This document shows, in pieces, positions 1 to 14,130 of a DNA stretch of 64,000 nt. The DNA is taken from contig JAQGDQ010000250.1 of the NCBI GenBank assembly GCA_030141605.1, positions 124,001 through 188,000 of the forward strand, read 5' to 3'. The notes beneath the pieces were generated by a model, which was given only the letters and a program-made list of their open reading frames with translations, searched no databases and was not told where the DNA came from. Both the position numbers and the translations under genes were made by a program. Source of the stretch: Tubiluchus corallicola. Its lineage: Eukaryota > Animalia > Priapulida. Each line of letters opens with the position of its first letter. The stretch's first letter is position 1.

Positions 1-3000
1 TAAACTTCTATTAATCAATATTTCACTGTGAAACAGAATAATGAAGTGTTAAAATCAATGAAAAATCAATGAGTAATCAATAAAAAAAATCTAAGGTTAT
101 GAAATTATCTCTAACTACATAAATGGCACTCAAAAGTCATTTAGCATTGAAATTAAATACTAACTAATGGTGGATATCTCGAAGCAACAGAATTACTTGA
201 ATCAAAACCACAGGCAAGGTTAAAATCAATATAACATAATAATGGACAGATCATGAAATTATTAGTAATAGTAATTGTCTGAAAGTAGTCAAATAACAAA
301 AGTCTGCGCTGGCTTATAGACCTTACCCCAGTTTTGTCTCAAGTAATCCTACTGGATCAAGTTCAACATTTTATGTTAATTAGAAAAAAACAAGCTTTTG
401 GACAACAGTCAGATTTCTCTTATGTTAACAGTTTGGCACACCGTGAACGGAGCTTCAGTAGTGAACAATAGGGTCAGCTATATCAGAATTCCGGTATAAC
501 ATGGAAATGGAAAGCAGTAAGGCATTTTCCAGGTGGTTACAGATCCATTACACAGCTGACTCACTGTTGCTTAACTTTAGCTACTAGGTGCCCACCGTGA
601 CAACTCGGCTATTCATTTTTCCCTAATGTTGTTCGCAGTACATAAAATGGGAGGCCCAAAAATGTTTTTTTTACAACATAACCAAAGACACAGAGGCATT
701 GTTTGCAAAATCGGACACGATTCAGAATAATTCTTAGGACAATTTTCATTGTCAGTATTTTAAAAATGAAAAAATTGACACATAAACAAAAGATCCCATT
801 GAGTACATCTTGGTTCCACATTGCAACCCAGTAAAGTAAACATCTGCCACCAGGGGTCAGTGCAACGGAGGGACAAACATCACTAGGTTAAAGTATCAAA
901 CATCATCTGCTTCTGATTTTTTGCCAGCGCCAATTTGAGGATACATGGAAATTGCTACTGAAATAAAATCGCAGGTCACGTAAATGTTATTGCAACGCAC
1001 ACCAGGGGGTGCAAGCGAGTACAGCAGCAACAACAGGTAGCGGACATGTGCGAAGCAAAAACCTGAGATAGATAAACATGCCAATAATGTGTAAAACAAA
1101 TATGAAGTATGGGAACGTTGCGTGGGCAATGGGATGTTCTTCGTAATCCTGTTTTTCGTTACTATGCAACCTCGTATGTTTGCAATATTCCCACAAACTC
1201 GACTTGCTTTCGAGCTGACTCGACGTCAGAGAAGTGGCAATTATTACATCTTTATTCTATAATGTCTCGACCCATGTTTTTGTTTTCCCCAATAATGTCC
1301 AGTGACCTGTTGTTGTAAAAGCTGTTGCCAATCTGTGCAGGTTGACCCCAAACGATCGTACTTTCCAAACAAATGCAATTAACGTTCAACACAGAAAGAA
1401 TTGAGAACTACTAACATAAACAGTTCTATAATTCTCGAACGTTTACGGCTGTTATACTGCTTGTTTAAAAAAATATAGATAATTCTTAGTATAATGTTTA
1501 TCCAACTTGAACAGTGCAATTTTGCTGTTAAACAGTTACTTAAATGTTTAGTCATAAATTAATGTCTTCCTCGGGACATGGCTGCTGACTGTGTTGTACT
1601 GTTTGTGTGATTTTATTTACTGTATGTGTTGTACTTACTATTTTTAATGTAACTTTGATTATAGTATGTCACTGTAGTGTAGTGTGATGTAAAAATTTTT
1701 TTATACAGCTTTTTACACTGAAATAAAGCAATCTAATTTAATAACAATAGTAGCTACCAAGGTCAGCTCTGAATTACTATATCTTGGCTTAGATAAATCT
1801 TGCACTAAATGTTACCACTGACAACAAAGTCGCATGTTGTTGTCACAAATATGACAGCATTAATGCTCGACCTAATGATTAAAAATGACTCTAAGGTCAG
1901 CATGTGATGAAAAATGCAAACTGTTACATAATGTATTAATAACTTGTTTTATTTTTGTGCAGTTGTAAAAAAGATATCAAGAAAGTTGCTATACAATGCT
2001 GAGCTATGGCAAATTTTTACAATATGGGGATGGTTTTTAGACTAATAGCTGAATTATTCAATCAACTGTCTGCTCTGTTCCAGCAGATCCCTTCATGGCA
2101 GAAACTTCCACATGCAAAGTGCCTTGCAATGGTTCAAAATTCACAACAAAAATCAATGATAAGTAAAGCTATGAGTCAAATCATCCATATTTTTGTAAAT
2201 TCCTACAGACAATTTGCCTTAGCTACTTTCAAAAAAAGTGAAAATTTTATATGCAAGAGCATTTTAAACAGTGATGTTAACTTTACTTCCACAATTATAC
2301 GTCATTGGCGTAGTTTCTTACATCGGTAATTGTTATTTGTGTTATTACTGTGAGCCATAATTTATTGTATTATTTGTATATTAATTTGTGATCTGATATG
2401 AACTTCGTGAAGTTTTAAAAAAATATTAAATCAAATCAAATCTAAGCTTAAAAATTGGCAGGTAAAATTAAACATAAAAAGTAGCACAAATGATAAATAA
2501 CAAATAAAGAAAAGAAGGTGAGCAGAAATTATTTTTTCCGATGTTAGTTCAGTTTTTGATTAGAATAATGAGTACATGCTATTCCAAAGGATGATGTCAT
2601 AAAGAATAAAAAATAAATAAAGCCAGATATCATACACAAGTCAGTAAAAACAGAACCCCAAATTTCTCGAATTATAATCACAGCCATGTACAACTGCAAC
2701 GGGCACTGCACATGTTCAACTGTTGCAGTCATTCGGGCGCTTGCCGTATAGCGGTTAAAAACATAAACTGTTGATTTGCGGCGGAGACAAAATATTATGC
2801 GCAAAAAACAACCGTCATAAAAACCGGCGATCCTCCGCCCCTCGTTTCCTGCTTTTGCATCTGTGTCAAATTTGCGGAGAGTTTTGAAACCAAACTGGCA
2901 GCAAGTGATTCCGTGAAACAAGCAAGATTATGGCTTTCTTGTTGCCTGACACAATATTTTCACTGCGCGTAGCAAACAGGAGATAGACAGGCAGGGCATC

Positions 3001-3601
3001 TCAGCAATGGAGTGCCGATGCAGACATACAATCCGTAAATATAACGCGACGAAAAACCAGAAAGTTTTTACTAAAAAGTTAAACATGTCTGGTAGATTTT
3101 AATAAGACGGTATAACTAGAAGTAATAACATCTACTGAAACTGGTAGTCTCCTGGCTAACCCACATTCTTCTGACCATAGGCCAAGCGCTCGTCGATCCG
3201 CCCTCGAGCGTTATATAGGTTCTGACGATACATGGTCTGCTGCTAATCTGTGTCTTGTTTTTACTTCAGTTTATTTTAGAAACATAAATTCAAGGTTTGG
3301 GATTAGACAAACAGGGCGGGAGAGTTCTGGAGATGTAGCAACTGATAACAAGACAGCGAGAAGCCAAACCAGCAGAACAGTAGCAGTTAAATTAGATACA
3401 TCGGTCTCCTAGGTTCTGGAAATTTCCAAAGATAAACGGGGAAAAGTTACTTATTGAAACAATTTACGAAATCCGAAACGTATACATGAACAAAACAAGA
3501 GTATCCTTTGCATTAAAATGTTAGTAAAAAACTGACAGCAAAATTATCACTAATGGATTTTTTTACAATAATTAAAACCCAAATGGCCCTGATTGTCTTA
3601 C

Positions 3602-3745
3602 ATCGTCATCATCACGGTCATATTCATCATCATCATCGAGGTTTTCCACTGGGTCAATATCGGGGGTAGGTGGTGCCTCGGTAAATGGTTCAGATCCTTC
3701 ATCGTCTACTCCAACTTCATCTATTGACTTATCTGCATCTGGTGC
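3602..3745 (-). CDS. PRKCSH: PRKCSH exon 11 (acidic/proline-rich region); the gene probably continues beyond the window
   Basis: APDADKSIDEVGVDDEGSEPFTEAPPTPDIDPVENLDDDDEYDRDDDD; CAG acceptor, GTAAGA donor; 144 nt. No MRH-domain or HDEL exon was recognised in 1-3600. Confidence 0.85.
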
Positions 3746-4251
3746 CTGTAACAAACAGACATAACAAATATTGTCCACTTGACAAAAAATGCCAAAAAAG
3801 AGTCACGTATAAAAGCTCTGTTCTGTCATAGAAACATTAATGATTACACAAAATTTTAACAAAAATTAATAAACCCAGCTAACTAGTATTATCCATAGTT
3901 GAAAAGTGGAGATAAAGAAAGATCATGAAGTGAAACTAAAAAATATATAATAAAAAATATATATAAAAATGTACAAAATATAACACTAAAAATATATAAC
4001 ATAAAAAAAAATAACATTTACAAAGCAGTTAAATAGTGACATTTGTAACATAGATGATTTACAGCTGCCGGCATGCCTGCCTGTCTGCCTGCCTGCCTGC
4101 CTGTTTGTCAGCCTAGCTGCGACCTACTCACTCATAACACAAAGTGATCGTTCAGGCATTATACTACAAACTGTATATTAAGCTATAAATGTACCAACTA
4201 CGAACCTTATACGTAAATTTAATTTTATAATTAGGCAAAATAGACCCAAAC

Positions 4252-4353
4252 CTGGTACTTGTGACTTCTATACAGGTATTTCATTTTGTACCAAAGCGTT
4301 TCTGTGAATGTTTCTAAATCCCAATCCTTACTCGCATCATCTGAAAACCTCGT
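4252..4353 (-). CDS. PRKCSH: PRKCSH exon 10
   Basis: TRFSDDASKDWDLETFTETLWYKMKYLYRSHKYQ resembles the F...VW..I..KY segment; CAG acceptor, GT donor; 102 nt, phase 0. Confidence 0.8.
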
Positions 4354-5352
4354 CTGAAAAAAGAGAATGTTTACTTAACTATTTTACAAAACACAAACCG
4401 GAATTAAAAGGGCAAACCTTGCATGAAATTGTGCATTGATGACAAATTAATCATATATGTAACAAAAAATCTCAAAACACTTCTAAAAATTTGTCAATTT
4501 GTTTGAAATCTCATTGCAAACAATAGAATGTGAAAACCAGGGCATTAAAGAAAAACTTGTTTCGCTAACTGAAACAAAACGTTGTCATTTCGCAACAATT
4601 TCTAAACACTAGATATATTCATTTATATTTAAACAATTATAGAATTGCGATTGAAAGCAATGGACATTCAAATAAAAAGTTTAGCACAGTTTATGTGTTT
4701 CATTATTGTGACTCCATTTTTCTGCATGTGGTACTGCTAATACTTGCTAGCAATACTTTATAGGACGTTTTGAAAACTCATGCTGGTTATTATGCATTTT
4801 GATTGTAAAAATGCACAGTAAAGCTAGTACTGTGCTAATAATCAATGTATACTGCCACAGCCTAGTAAACAAATCTGACTAAATGGATATCTTTATGATA
4901 GCGAGGTTCAAACGTTAGGGGAGCAAACACATAAAAAAGGTGCCGTGACACATACCAAACAATTTTTAATGCAGTGAATATACATTTTAATTTTGTGATT
5001 AAAATCAAAACATGAGACACAGTTACTTTGTATTTAAAAGGCCTACTATCAGACAATCATGTGACAAGAATGTACTACAATAATTAGATTTGGGGCAATT
5101 TGATACTTGGTTCAATCAGTCAACCTTATCAAAGGAGATGTGTAAATGCACGCTCAATTCAAAAACACATAAGGCAAATTGGTCAAATAAATAATTAATT
5201 AATTGGTTATTGGTAAAGTAATAATTTCACTGTTGAAAAGGCGTCAATTTTGAAAAATGTTCTTGGAGAAGCAGTTGCTCCCCTTCCTCCTCTGTTTGCT
5301 ACGCCATTGCTTACGACCATTAAAACAAAATTTAAGTTCATTCTAACTCTAC

Positions 5353-5431
5353 CTTTAATTCATCTTCAGTCACTTCACCATCTTTGTCGACATCGAAAGC
5401 TGTAACTTTCATTAGCTCCTCAGGTGTGATG
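5353..5431 (-). CDS. PRKCSH: PRKCSH exon 9 (EF-hand 2)
   Basis: ITPEELMKVTAFDVDKDGEVTEDELK; TAG acceptor, GTAGAG donor; 79 nt. Confidence 0.9.
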
Positions 5432-6016
5432 CTAAAAATTTTAAAAATAGGCATAACTAAACATAATTTAGAAGTGTTAACATGCTGAAATAAAAATTAC
5501 ATAAAATTACGTATTCAACTAGACAGTACAATTGCTCAACAAAGGTGGGCTGAGCAAAAGAAATGAAGCAGTTGTGAGTGGGAAGAAATGCTCGGAACAA
5601 CAGATACACGTATCTCAGTCAGTAGCGTAACTATACTTTTGCCCCTCCCCCCACAAATAGATCAGTAAGACTTTGCCCATCAGATGTAAAATTAACCATA
5701 GCCTTTTCATGCCCTTCCACAATCTTTAAAATTATTTATAAAACCATCACAAGTTGTCTTTAAATTTCTTTCATCATGATTTCGTGCTATCAACACTAAA
5801 CTGTCTAATAATACATTATGCAATACTTTGCGGTCTCTGGCGGCTCTTCTCTCATGCCCAGCGGCTTGCCCCCCTCTAATCCACACCCTTCTCCCAACTC
5901 CTAGGACTGCAAAGGCACACCTATAAACCTGTGCTTAATGTTCAAGCATACCAGGAATAAAAACGAATGTATAAAAAAAATGACAAGCTATTGATTAAAT
6001 AATTATAAAATCTCAC

Positions 6017-6101
6017 ACTCCGTCATTATCGGCATCAATGTCCTTAAAAGCAGCTTCAGCTTCAACTTGGTCCTTTTCTGACTGAACCCTCTTCTTCTCT
6101 T
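6017..6101 (-). CDS. PRKCSH: PRKCSH exon 8 (EF-hand 1)
   Basis: EEKKRVQSEKDQVEAEAAFKDIDADNDGV with an EF-hand loop; TAG acceptor, GTGAGA donor; 85 nt. Confidence 0.9.
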
Positions 6102-8439
6102 CTAAAAAAATGAAATAATTTTTATAAATTTCAATGAACTCTCAGTCAAATTGATTAAATAAACAAATTATTTTTAAATTTGTTAGTAAAATTGTCGTAA
6201 TCCTCATAGGAAAGTAAATAAAAGATGTGTGTTTCATTTGAGCGAGCCACTCGAAGAGATCAGATGCAAAAGACTTTACAATTTTACTAAAAATATCTTA
6301 TGAAGTTAAAAAAACCTGACTAAAATTCAGTTTGTTTTATTACATATAAATAGTCAGAGGCAGATTCAGGGGGGTGGGTTCCAAGGGGCCTGGGCCATAA
6401 CCCCTTTCACACTAATAGTTACAATACAACAATTAAACATTTTTCTAGATTATAAGCACTAGAGCAATTTACTAAATTCTAGCGGTGCCTTTATTGTAAT
6501 TTAATACCTGTAAAAATCACATATCACAAGGATTCTACTTTTCAAAACACATGATAGTTACGTACATCATGTATGCAGCACACCAGCATTAACAATCAAA
6601 CTCTTGAGGTGACAACTGTTTTAAACTAGAGAATACCCTTGTGAAAATGGCTTCTGCAGTAGTTTCTCTTATGCCCCACTCTATTCTGTCACCTGTGGTC
6701 AGTGATTTTGCACTTCTGTATTTGTCCCTTGTGTTTTTTTTGGCCGTGCTTCTGCATCTTTTTTATGTGCTTATATCCTTATTAGTATGATACCTTTATG
6801 TAGTAACAATACAAACGTGTTATGTGACAGTCCCTAAAAAACTAATCATAGTAACTCCAAGTCTTTTGTTTTCTTCCTTTTTATTTTACATGAAGAAGAA
6901 CTGCTGTGGCAGCATGAAACATGTTTTCACTTACTTTTGTGAGATTTTTAACTACGTGAGATTTTCAATTCACATGTTTCTGTGCCTTTTCTTTGAGCTT
7001 TTGTGCTTTTTAGTATGATAGCTTTATGTGTTAACAACATAAATAAAAAACACCCTAAAAATTAATCACAATCATTCCGTGTGAATTTTTGTTCTTATCC
7101 TTTACCTGAAGGTCTACTACAGCAGTAGTTTGAATAGTCACGTTTTTTCTATTTTTCGCTTAATTGTAGACTCACTGTAGACAGACAATTTTTACTCACT
7201 GCATGAAATTTTTAGCTTGTCAGCATAACTTCGTGAGCAGCTGTAGTTTCAAGGGTTATTACTATTACAAAAGACCCCACACATGAGTTAACACATGTTG
7301 ATTGAAGATGCTGATAAGTTGTGTATCGGAACCTGAATCGTGACAAACTGACAGCAGCTCGTGCTGGTGGTCCCGGGATGGACTTATCCGCACTTACTTA
7401 CAAAAACACCTTGCAGACACAAAATAAACTCAATGGAGGCGGCAACATCGCTCGGTGTTGCCAATGACAACATCTCAACAACTAGCTGGCTGGGAAGAAA
7501 ATAAGATGTGCAACAACTACTTCCTGTGATGCATCAACTTAATGGATTAAATGCAATAACGATGCAATTATGTCATGACATTCAACAGCGAGCCAGAGTT
7601 ATTTTTAAGTATGGACTTCAGCGAATGTTAACACATTAACATTTAAAAAATAGCCAAAATGAAGTTATATTGTCAGTAGCATGCTTGCTTATTTGGAAAA
7701 TTTAGGTTAATAGAAAACAAAATTTTTGAAAGGCTAAGAAGCTATAATGACTTTAAAAACACACAAGTCCATCAACAAAAAAATGAATACTATTAAGTCT
7801 GTGCACGAGTAATTTAAAAGTTGAATAAAATACTAAATACAATAGAAAAAGTAATACAATGTTTAATCCATGAAAAAATGACAGCAATAACAAAGAACTT
7901 TTCTTATATCACGCAATTAATCTTCAAAAACTTTTAATACGTTAGTGCTACAGAAAAAACTAACAGCAAAAACAACACAAGCCAAAAACTTCTATGCCTA
8001 TACAGCAAATTACAGGAATCTAAAGACACTATTCTACTTTAGTGAGGCTAAAGGATTCAGCATAGATAACATACTCAACTTAACAATAAAGTTTCATTGG
8101 TTTCCGGTGTCAAGAGTAAACATATCAGCCCCCAAGGAGTAGCTATACGATTACTGTGAACTGGGACAGAACTACTAAACTGCTTGAAAATGCACTGAAA
8201 TATAAACTAAAAACAGCAAGCATTGCATTAGTGCACCAAGCACGACCTGCTGTGAATATCCCACTAGGAGGCATGAACCACTAGCTAGACAGTTATTGGT
8301 AAAGAGTTAAGCTCGTGTAGGAGAGATGTTTTGTTTTTCTATGTGATACAATGGCTAATTATTAGCCAAATGACATAATTTAACATGTAATGAATACACA
8401 AGGCGACGAGTAAAAAGCAAAAAAGAAATGAAAGAGAAA

Positions 8440-9010
8440 TACTTTCTTTCACTTTATATAATTTATTTGTCTGTTAAAACATTTAAAGTGAAAGAAATAT
8501 AAGACATGTATTGTCTTCATTTCATGTATCAGTATCATAATTCACTACTTCCATCAGCTTTTCAGTCATACTTTAGTCCAGTTTCAGATCAACATGATCA
8601 TTGCACAAGATATTCAGTCGAAAACTATGTACTCCCCCTTGCAAAAACAAATATAATGAAACAGTCATCAAAATATAATGCTATTAAAATATGGTCATCA
8701 ATTCCGCGTGAAATGAAAACTCTTAATCTTTATCAATTTAAAAAAGCATCAAAGAATTACCTACTACAATGGTATAATTAATTCACAATTTTACTCATCC
8801 TGATCTTAAGTTACTAACAAAACTTATTTTGTTCTAATGTATGCTATAACTGATGAAAATGTAATGTTAATTGTCAATTGTTTCACTTATCTGGAGGAGG
8901 ACTCGAAAGCTAAATGCTCCTTCCTCCTCCTCACAGTAACTCGCATAGTTTATTTTTTTTCAATGTTATATCAATTTATATGTATGTTTGAGTTGCTGTG
9001 GAATAAATTA
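8440..9010 (+). mobile_element. CR1/L2-like LINE 3' end remnant
   Basis: ORF2 C-terminus-like ...HDHCTR...KTN...KYNAIKIWSSIPREMK..NLYQFKK..K.YLL; 3' hairpin GGAGGAGG/CCTCCTCC; AATAAA. Confidence 0.7.
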
Positions 9011-9381
9011 ATAATTCATACTGATCTTTAATGAAGTTATGTAATTAATTCGATCAGCAAAAATTTCAGAATCAAGTTGTTGTGAAACTTGAATTTTTTT
9101 AAAAAATCTATTGTGTGATTCGAAATCAATTTTAAGTTAGTTTAGTTTAGTTTGTTAATATCACCTTATATTACAAGTCTGCAATTCATGTGATAATATC
9201 GATCATGTATTACAGAATCACCTGAACCAGTCAATAAATACATAATGATATCTCATTAAGCACGTCTCCTAAGTCAAAAATAAAACTTATTGGGTACCAC
9301 CACAATAGTAGCGAATAAAAGATTAGATAAACAAGTTTGGAAATCCTTAAATTTTGAAACAAACCAATAAACTAAGCATAC

Positions 9382-9447
9382 CTTGCCACTTATTATTATG
9401 GTCGTCTTTTGCCTGTTTTTCCGGCTCCTCAGCTGTTTTTTTAATTT
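9382..9447 (-). CDS. PRKCSH: PRKCSH exon 7
   Basis: EIKKTAEEPEKQAKDDHNNKWQ resembles PRKCSH AEKPEREAKEQH..W; CAG acceptor, GTATGC donor; 66 nt. Confidence 0.88.
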
Positions 9448-9671
9448 CTGTAAATTAAATTCATCGTTGCAAACATTTATGTCAAACTTTGTAATAATCT
9501 CTGTAACACTAGAAAACAATTACCACATTTTGATTAAGGTAGTTTAACATCTAAAAATCTATCAATAAGTTAATTTGGTTACATTGACTAGATAGTTTGA
9601 GTAAACTGTGGATTGGTGGTTCCACTGACTGCGTGATGCTAGTGTGAAAATTCAAGCACGTTCTGGACTGC

Positions 9672-9743
9672 GAGTTGATAGCCGAAATGGTAACGCGTGC
9701 GACTTCGTATCACATGGTTTTGGTTCGAAACCTGCTTGACTAA
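9672..9743 (+). pseudogene. tRNA-Arg(TCG)-like pseudogene or SINE head in a PRKCSH intron
   Basis: A box TAGCCGAAATGGT, anticodon arm TGCGA-CTTCGTA-TCACA, B box GGTTCGAAACC, acceptor AGTTGA/TTGACT; T-stem mismatched. Confidence 0.55.
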
Positions 9744-11568
9744 TAATTTTTCAGGGCCTTTCTCCTTCAATTAATTAGCTAATTAATTAATTAACTTGAA
9801 GTCTAACTATGATCAACACACATCTTATTTTTTGATGCATTCTAAAAAATTTTGCAGAGATAAGATGGGTATGCAAGCATTCTCTTTTTTGTTTGAAGTA
9901 GAAAGAAAATTTACTGATAATTCAAAATATTAAATGGTCAATGGCTGAGAATGTGCCGAACAATCAATGTCTGATGATCTCAGCAACTGTCAGTAGTTAA
10001 AATCACAATTTTTATAAATTCTCTGCAAGATAATGTAATTTATTTTTACGTAACCAATGATTTGTGCTCTACAAATCAATAATACAAATGCATGATCAGA
10101 CTTCATTTTAACTTCTTCAGTCATTAAAATTTCGTCGTTTGGTAATCACTGCAATGATTTAAAGCTCTGTATGCCTTTGCTGGTTCAATATCTAGTGGTA
10201 GAGAGTTATTCTTGACAATGAACTAAATACCAGTCCTGCTACAGTCATTATCATAATATTAGGCAAAGCCATTGACTAGTTGATGGCTGATTAGGTGCCG
10301 AACTAAATGAAGAAATCACTGGTTGCAACATGAACTGTGGTTGGAATACATGAGAATGATACACAATACCAAGGTGAATTTACTAGCCATACATGTAATT
10401 CCTTGGATGTTTCCTGTAAACATGGGTGCCGGCAGGCGGACGCACTGACGCACGTGCGTCTACAGAATTTCTTAAGAAAAATTTTTTATGGCTAAATAGA
10501 GTTTTTAGCAGTAAACCAAGATGCACATCAGCCCATTGTTTGTTTGCGCAATCCCTGAGCAGTCAGCTGATTTGCATAGTGAAATTATGTGTATGTATAT
10601 CACTTACATAGTGTGGATTCTCTTATTGATTTCAGTTGTCTAGACAGTCTTTAGCTAACTATAACTGCACTTCTGCATTTAGGGGGTGGACCCAAGGGGC
10701 CTGGGCCCCCTTTTCATGGTAGCGGTGAAATTATGAGTCAAGAGCGCTCCCCCAGGCCTCCTAGCTGCTTGTGTGTCAAATTTTTTAACCTCTGGCGGCA
10801 CCCATGCCTTTAAAGGTGTTTCCTAGGTTAATATTATCTATAATTAAAAGTTCTACATGCAGACCTCTCAACCTTAAGGGAAATCTGGAGATTTTTTTAA
10901 AAAGTTAAAAAACCTGGAAATTTATGTTGTAAAAATAGAAAGCCAGCTTATGATTACTTAGGCACTGAAACCTTTTCTTGAAAAAAGTTAAATAGATGTA
11001 GTTAAATGTTAAAACAGATTTGCCAAAACTTTGCCAGCCAAAACAGTGACACACTTTGGCTAAATTCTGTTGACGATTATTGATCATTTATCGATCACGA
11101 TCACATTTGATGTAAAGTGAGCTCATTAATGAGGTTGCTCCTATGTGAAACAGGTTCACATACAAAATTTTTATACATCTTTTAATTTCATTCAGCAAAA
11201 TAAAAATTTACCGATCTTTACTGGCATGATAAAGCAAAGGTGTACCATGAAACTGTAGGAAATGAGTTCAAATAAAAATCAGGAGACTCGTGGTAAAACT
11301 GTAAGAGTTAAAAGGCCTATCTTTAAAAATTTCAAAAAACAAATGAGATTAAAAAAACCTGCTTATGACAATTATCATTTCATTTGTTTTGAACTAGATT
11401 TGAGGCACTTTTATCTGGATTCAGCTACTAAATTTTATTCATATACATACAGTCAAACCTCCTCATAATGCCCCTCCCCCCTTTATAATGCCAAACTCGC
11501 TTAACACCAGCTTTTTTGCAGTGTCAAAGTAGGCGTATAAAGAAAATTGACTTTATATATGCAAATAC

Positions 11569-11632
11569 CTTCTAATTCATTTCTTTTGGCTAAAAGTTGT
11601 TCTTTTTGTTGTTCTAATTCTTTCCGTCGATC
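11569..11632 (-). CDS. PRKCSH: PRKCSH exon 6
   Basis: DRRKELEQQKEQLLAKRNELE; AAG acceptor, GT donor; 64 nt, phase fits its neighbours. Confidence 0.82.
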
Positions 11633-12204
11633 CTTGAAAAAAGGAAAAAACAAACAGTTTAATTTTCAATGCCAGCAAATGTATCAATTGCAAAAACGTA
11701 AACAACAAATCTAAAACTACACATATCATAACATTATAAAAATAGTGGGTGGTAAGTGTACATAAATTTTATATCATATTATCATTTGAATCTGTAGGTA
11801 TTGAAATCCTGCAGATGGGAAACTTAGTTTGTTGGAATGGAAAATGACTACTCAGTGCCATGAATACAGTAGATGAAGCCATAAAAAATGTAGCATTTAC
11901 TACAGAACCAAGCAATGTATGCATAAATATAAAACCCTGGAAGCAAAGGTTATCAGTATACATAACACATCAAAAACACATATTACACGGCAGAAAAATA
12001 AAAACTGAACAGTAAGCAGTCTTACACAGCCTCAATATAACAAATAAACAGAAATAATTTACACAACATCAGATCGGTATAACAAATCATTTAAACGAGT
12101 TTCGTAAACTAGACATTCTGCCGAATTAAAGCTCCAAGCAAAACATAAAACAACACATATGTAACCCAAAATACTATCACAAAATACGTGTAAATTCTAG
12201 CACC

Positions 12205-12269
12205 ATCATGGATAACATCACTATCACCATCATCATCATCATCATTCACCATCACCATCATATCAACAA

Positions 12270-12308
<39 letters not shown>

Positions 12309-12360
12309 TCACCATCATCATCATCAACATCAACATCAACATCATCATCATCATCATCAT
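12205..12360. repeat. (CAT)n microsatellite
   Basis: Visible repeat; explains the spurious poly-D/H/I/M ORFs. Confidence 0.95.
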
Positions 12361-12755
12361 TTCCATAATAATAATAATCTTTGTTTTACATCTGCATCTT
12401 CCCACTTTACTGTTGGCAGCACGTGAGAAAACATTAACAATAGATCAATATAATTAATCAGATTACTATCAAAAGAAATATGTACTGATCAAAATGACTG
12501 GCAAAAGGGGAAGGTGGCATCCAAAACATGTAACTCACTGTTACACCAAGCAGTGTGCAATGCATTGCTAGCTAATTTGACATTGTTCTGAAGACAATGT
12601 GATGTCCAAAATCTCAAGTAATGGTTTATGACTTTGCCGCAAACACCTTTTTGTGATTTCCACGCTCTACCTAACGCAAAAAACTTAACTAATGATTTGA
12701 CACACTGTGAAAGTACAAGTGAATTACGCACAGTAAACATCGAGTCACTACTCAC

Positions 12756-12873
12756 TGTGTATTCCTTCCTTTTTTCTGTTCCCGACTTGGACATTTCAAC
12801 TCGCTTCTGGTATCCCTGCTCAATCTTCTTTTGCCGTTCCTTCTCTTCTCTTAAACGAACTTGACCAAGTTCT
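12756..12873 (-). CDS. PRKCSH: PRKCSH exon 5 (coiled coil)
   Basis: ELGQVRLREEKERQKKIEQGYQKRVEMSKSGTEKRKEYT; TAG acceptor, GTGAGT donor; 118 nt. Confidence 0.9.
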
Positions 12874-13343
12874 CTAAAAGCACAAATTTTCATTTTTTGT
12901 ACAATGTAACAAATACGTCCTAGTCTAGCGTTTGGTTTACTTTGGCTAACATATATAATCTCACTCATAGCTGCAGTTATGGTTAAAAGTTTGTCTACTG
13001 CATTGCTCAATTTTACTTGTTCGAGTTTGTAAATCCTACATGTTGTATGTATAAGCCAACTAAATCAAAAACTAGCAAACTGTTGATCTGTACAACAGCT
13101 ATATCCCAAAATCAAGAAAATGAAGAAACATTTAAATTTGCAGTAACAGTTGATGAGTCATGTGTTAAGCTGAGATTTGAGAAATCTAATAGGGTAGATT
13201 TGAAATTGAGAAATCTAATGAAAATCTAAAGATAATCAGATAGGGTGGCCATGCAAAGATATTATTGATATTTTCCTTTAAATGGCTCAAAATTATAATC
13301 ACAAAAAACACAATCCTAGCAGAAAATTCCACAAAGAAGCAAG

Positions 13344-14130
13344 AACAAGAAAATATAAAACGTTTGTTGAAGTTCTAACATATAATTATTCTCGTATACG
13401 GTGTGCAGATTATATTGACGTAGTTGTGGTAACTGTGACATGAAAAATTGAAGCCCCTTCATTTTGAATTTATAAGGTCAAAGTTCAAATGTGCATAGAA
13501 TACGAAATGGTTAATACTTTTAACTTAGTGTTCACTCACTTCATTCATAAATTCATCATCTACCGTCAACGACACTTCCAGGTGGATAATTAATATGAAT
13601 TATTAATATCCAGAATCAATAAAATTTGGACAGAGATTCACTGCGTTGAGCACATTTCCTACCAAACTGCAAAGTATTACCGAACCGAGACTAGTAAATT
13701 ATTCACATGCATAGTTATGAAGCATAAGAAGTTAAAAACAGAAAGCAAACTTATAGCTACACTAGCAGGTACATGTCAGTACATGGGACCACCAGACAAT
13801 CTTTGCAGACCTAGTCCAGGTAGTGTTAACCACCAAAGAAAAGTTAACTTAAAAGTTAATTATATTAAGTGAACATTATTGTTTTAAATCCCACTACATA
13901 TTTATCACATGTATTATAAGAATGGCACAAAAGCACTATAGCTTCATCCATTATAATTTTACAGGCGTTTCTGACCTTGCTACGTTTGAACTTTGACCTT
14001 ATAAATTCAAAAGGGGCTTCAATTTTTCAGGTGCTAGCCAAACCTATCCCTGTGGCATGTTTAGTGACTGTAGTAGGTTCATCCATTTTGAATATATTGT
14101 GTGGACAGACAAATACACAGACACACACAC
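13344..14130 (+). mobile_element. Helentron/HINE-like non-autonomous element remnant
   Basis: Internal inverted repeat 13441-13493 / 13981-14029 with a TTTGACCTT motif; GGACAGAC-ACACAC microsatellite tail. Confidence 0.45.

Noticed and set aside
896-1318. Further PRKCSH exon or separate gene in the short ORFs
   Set aside because: No similarity to the expected MRH-domain sequence and no recognisable protein motif.
12109-12426. Poly-Asp/His/Met ORFs as a PRKCSH acidic exon
   Set aside because: A (CAT)n microsatellite; exons 5 and 6 already join in frame without it.
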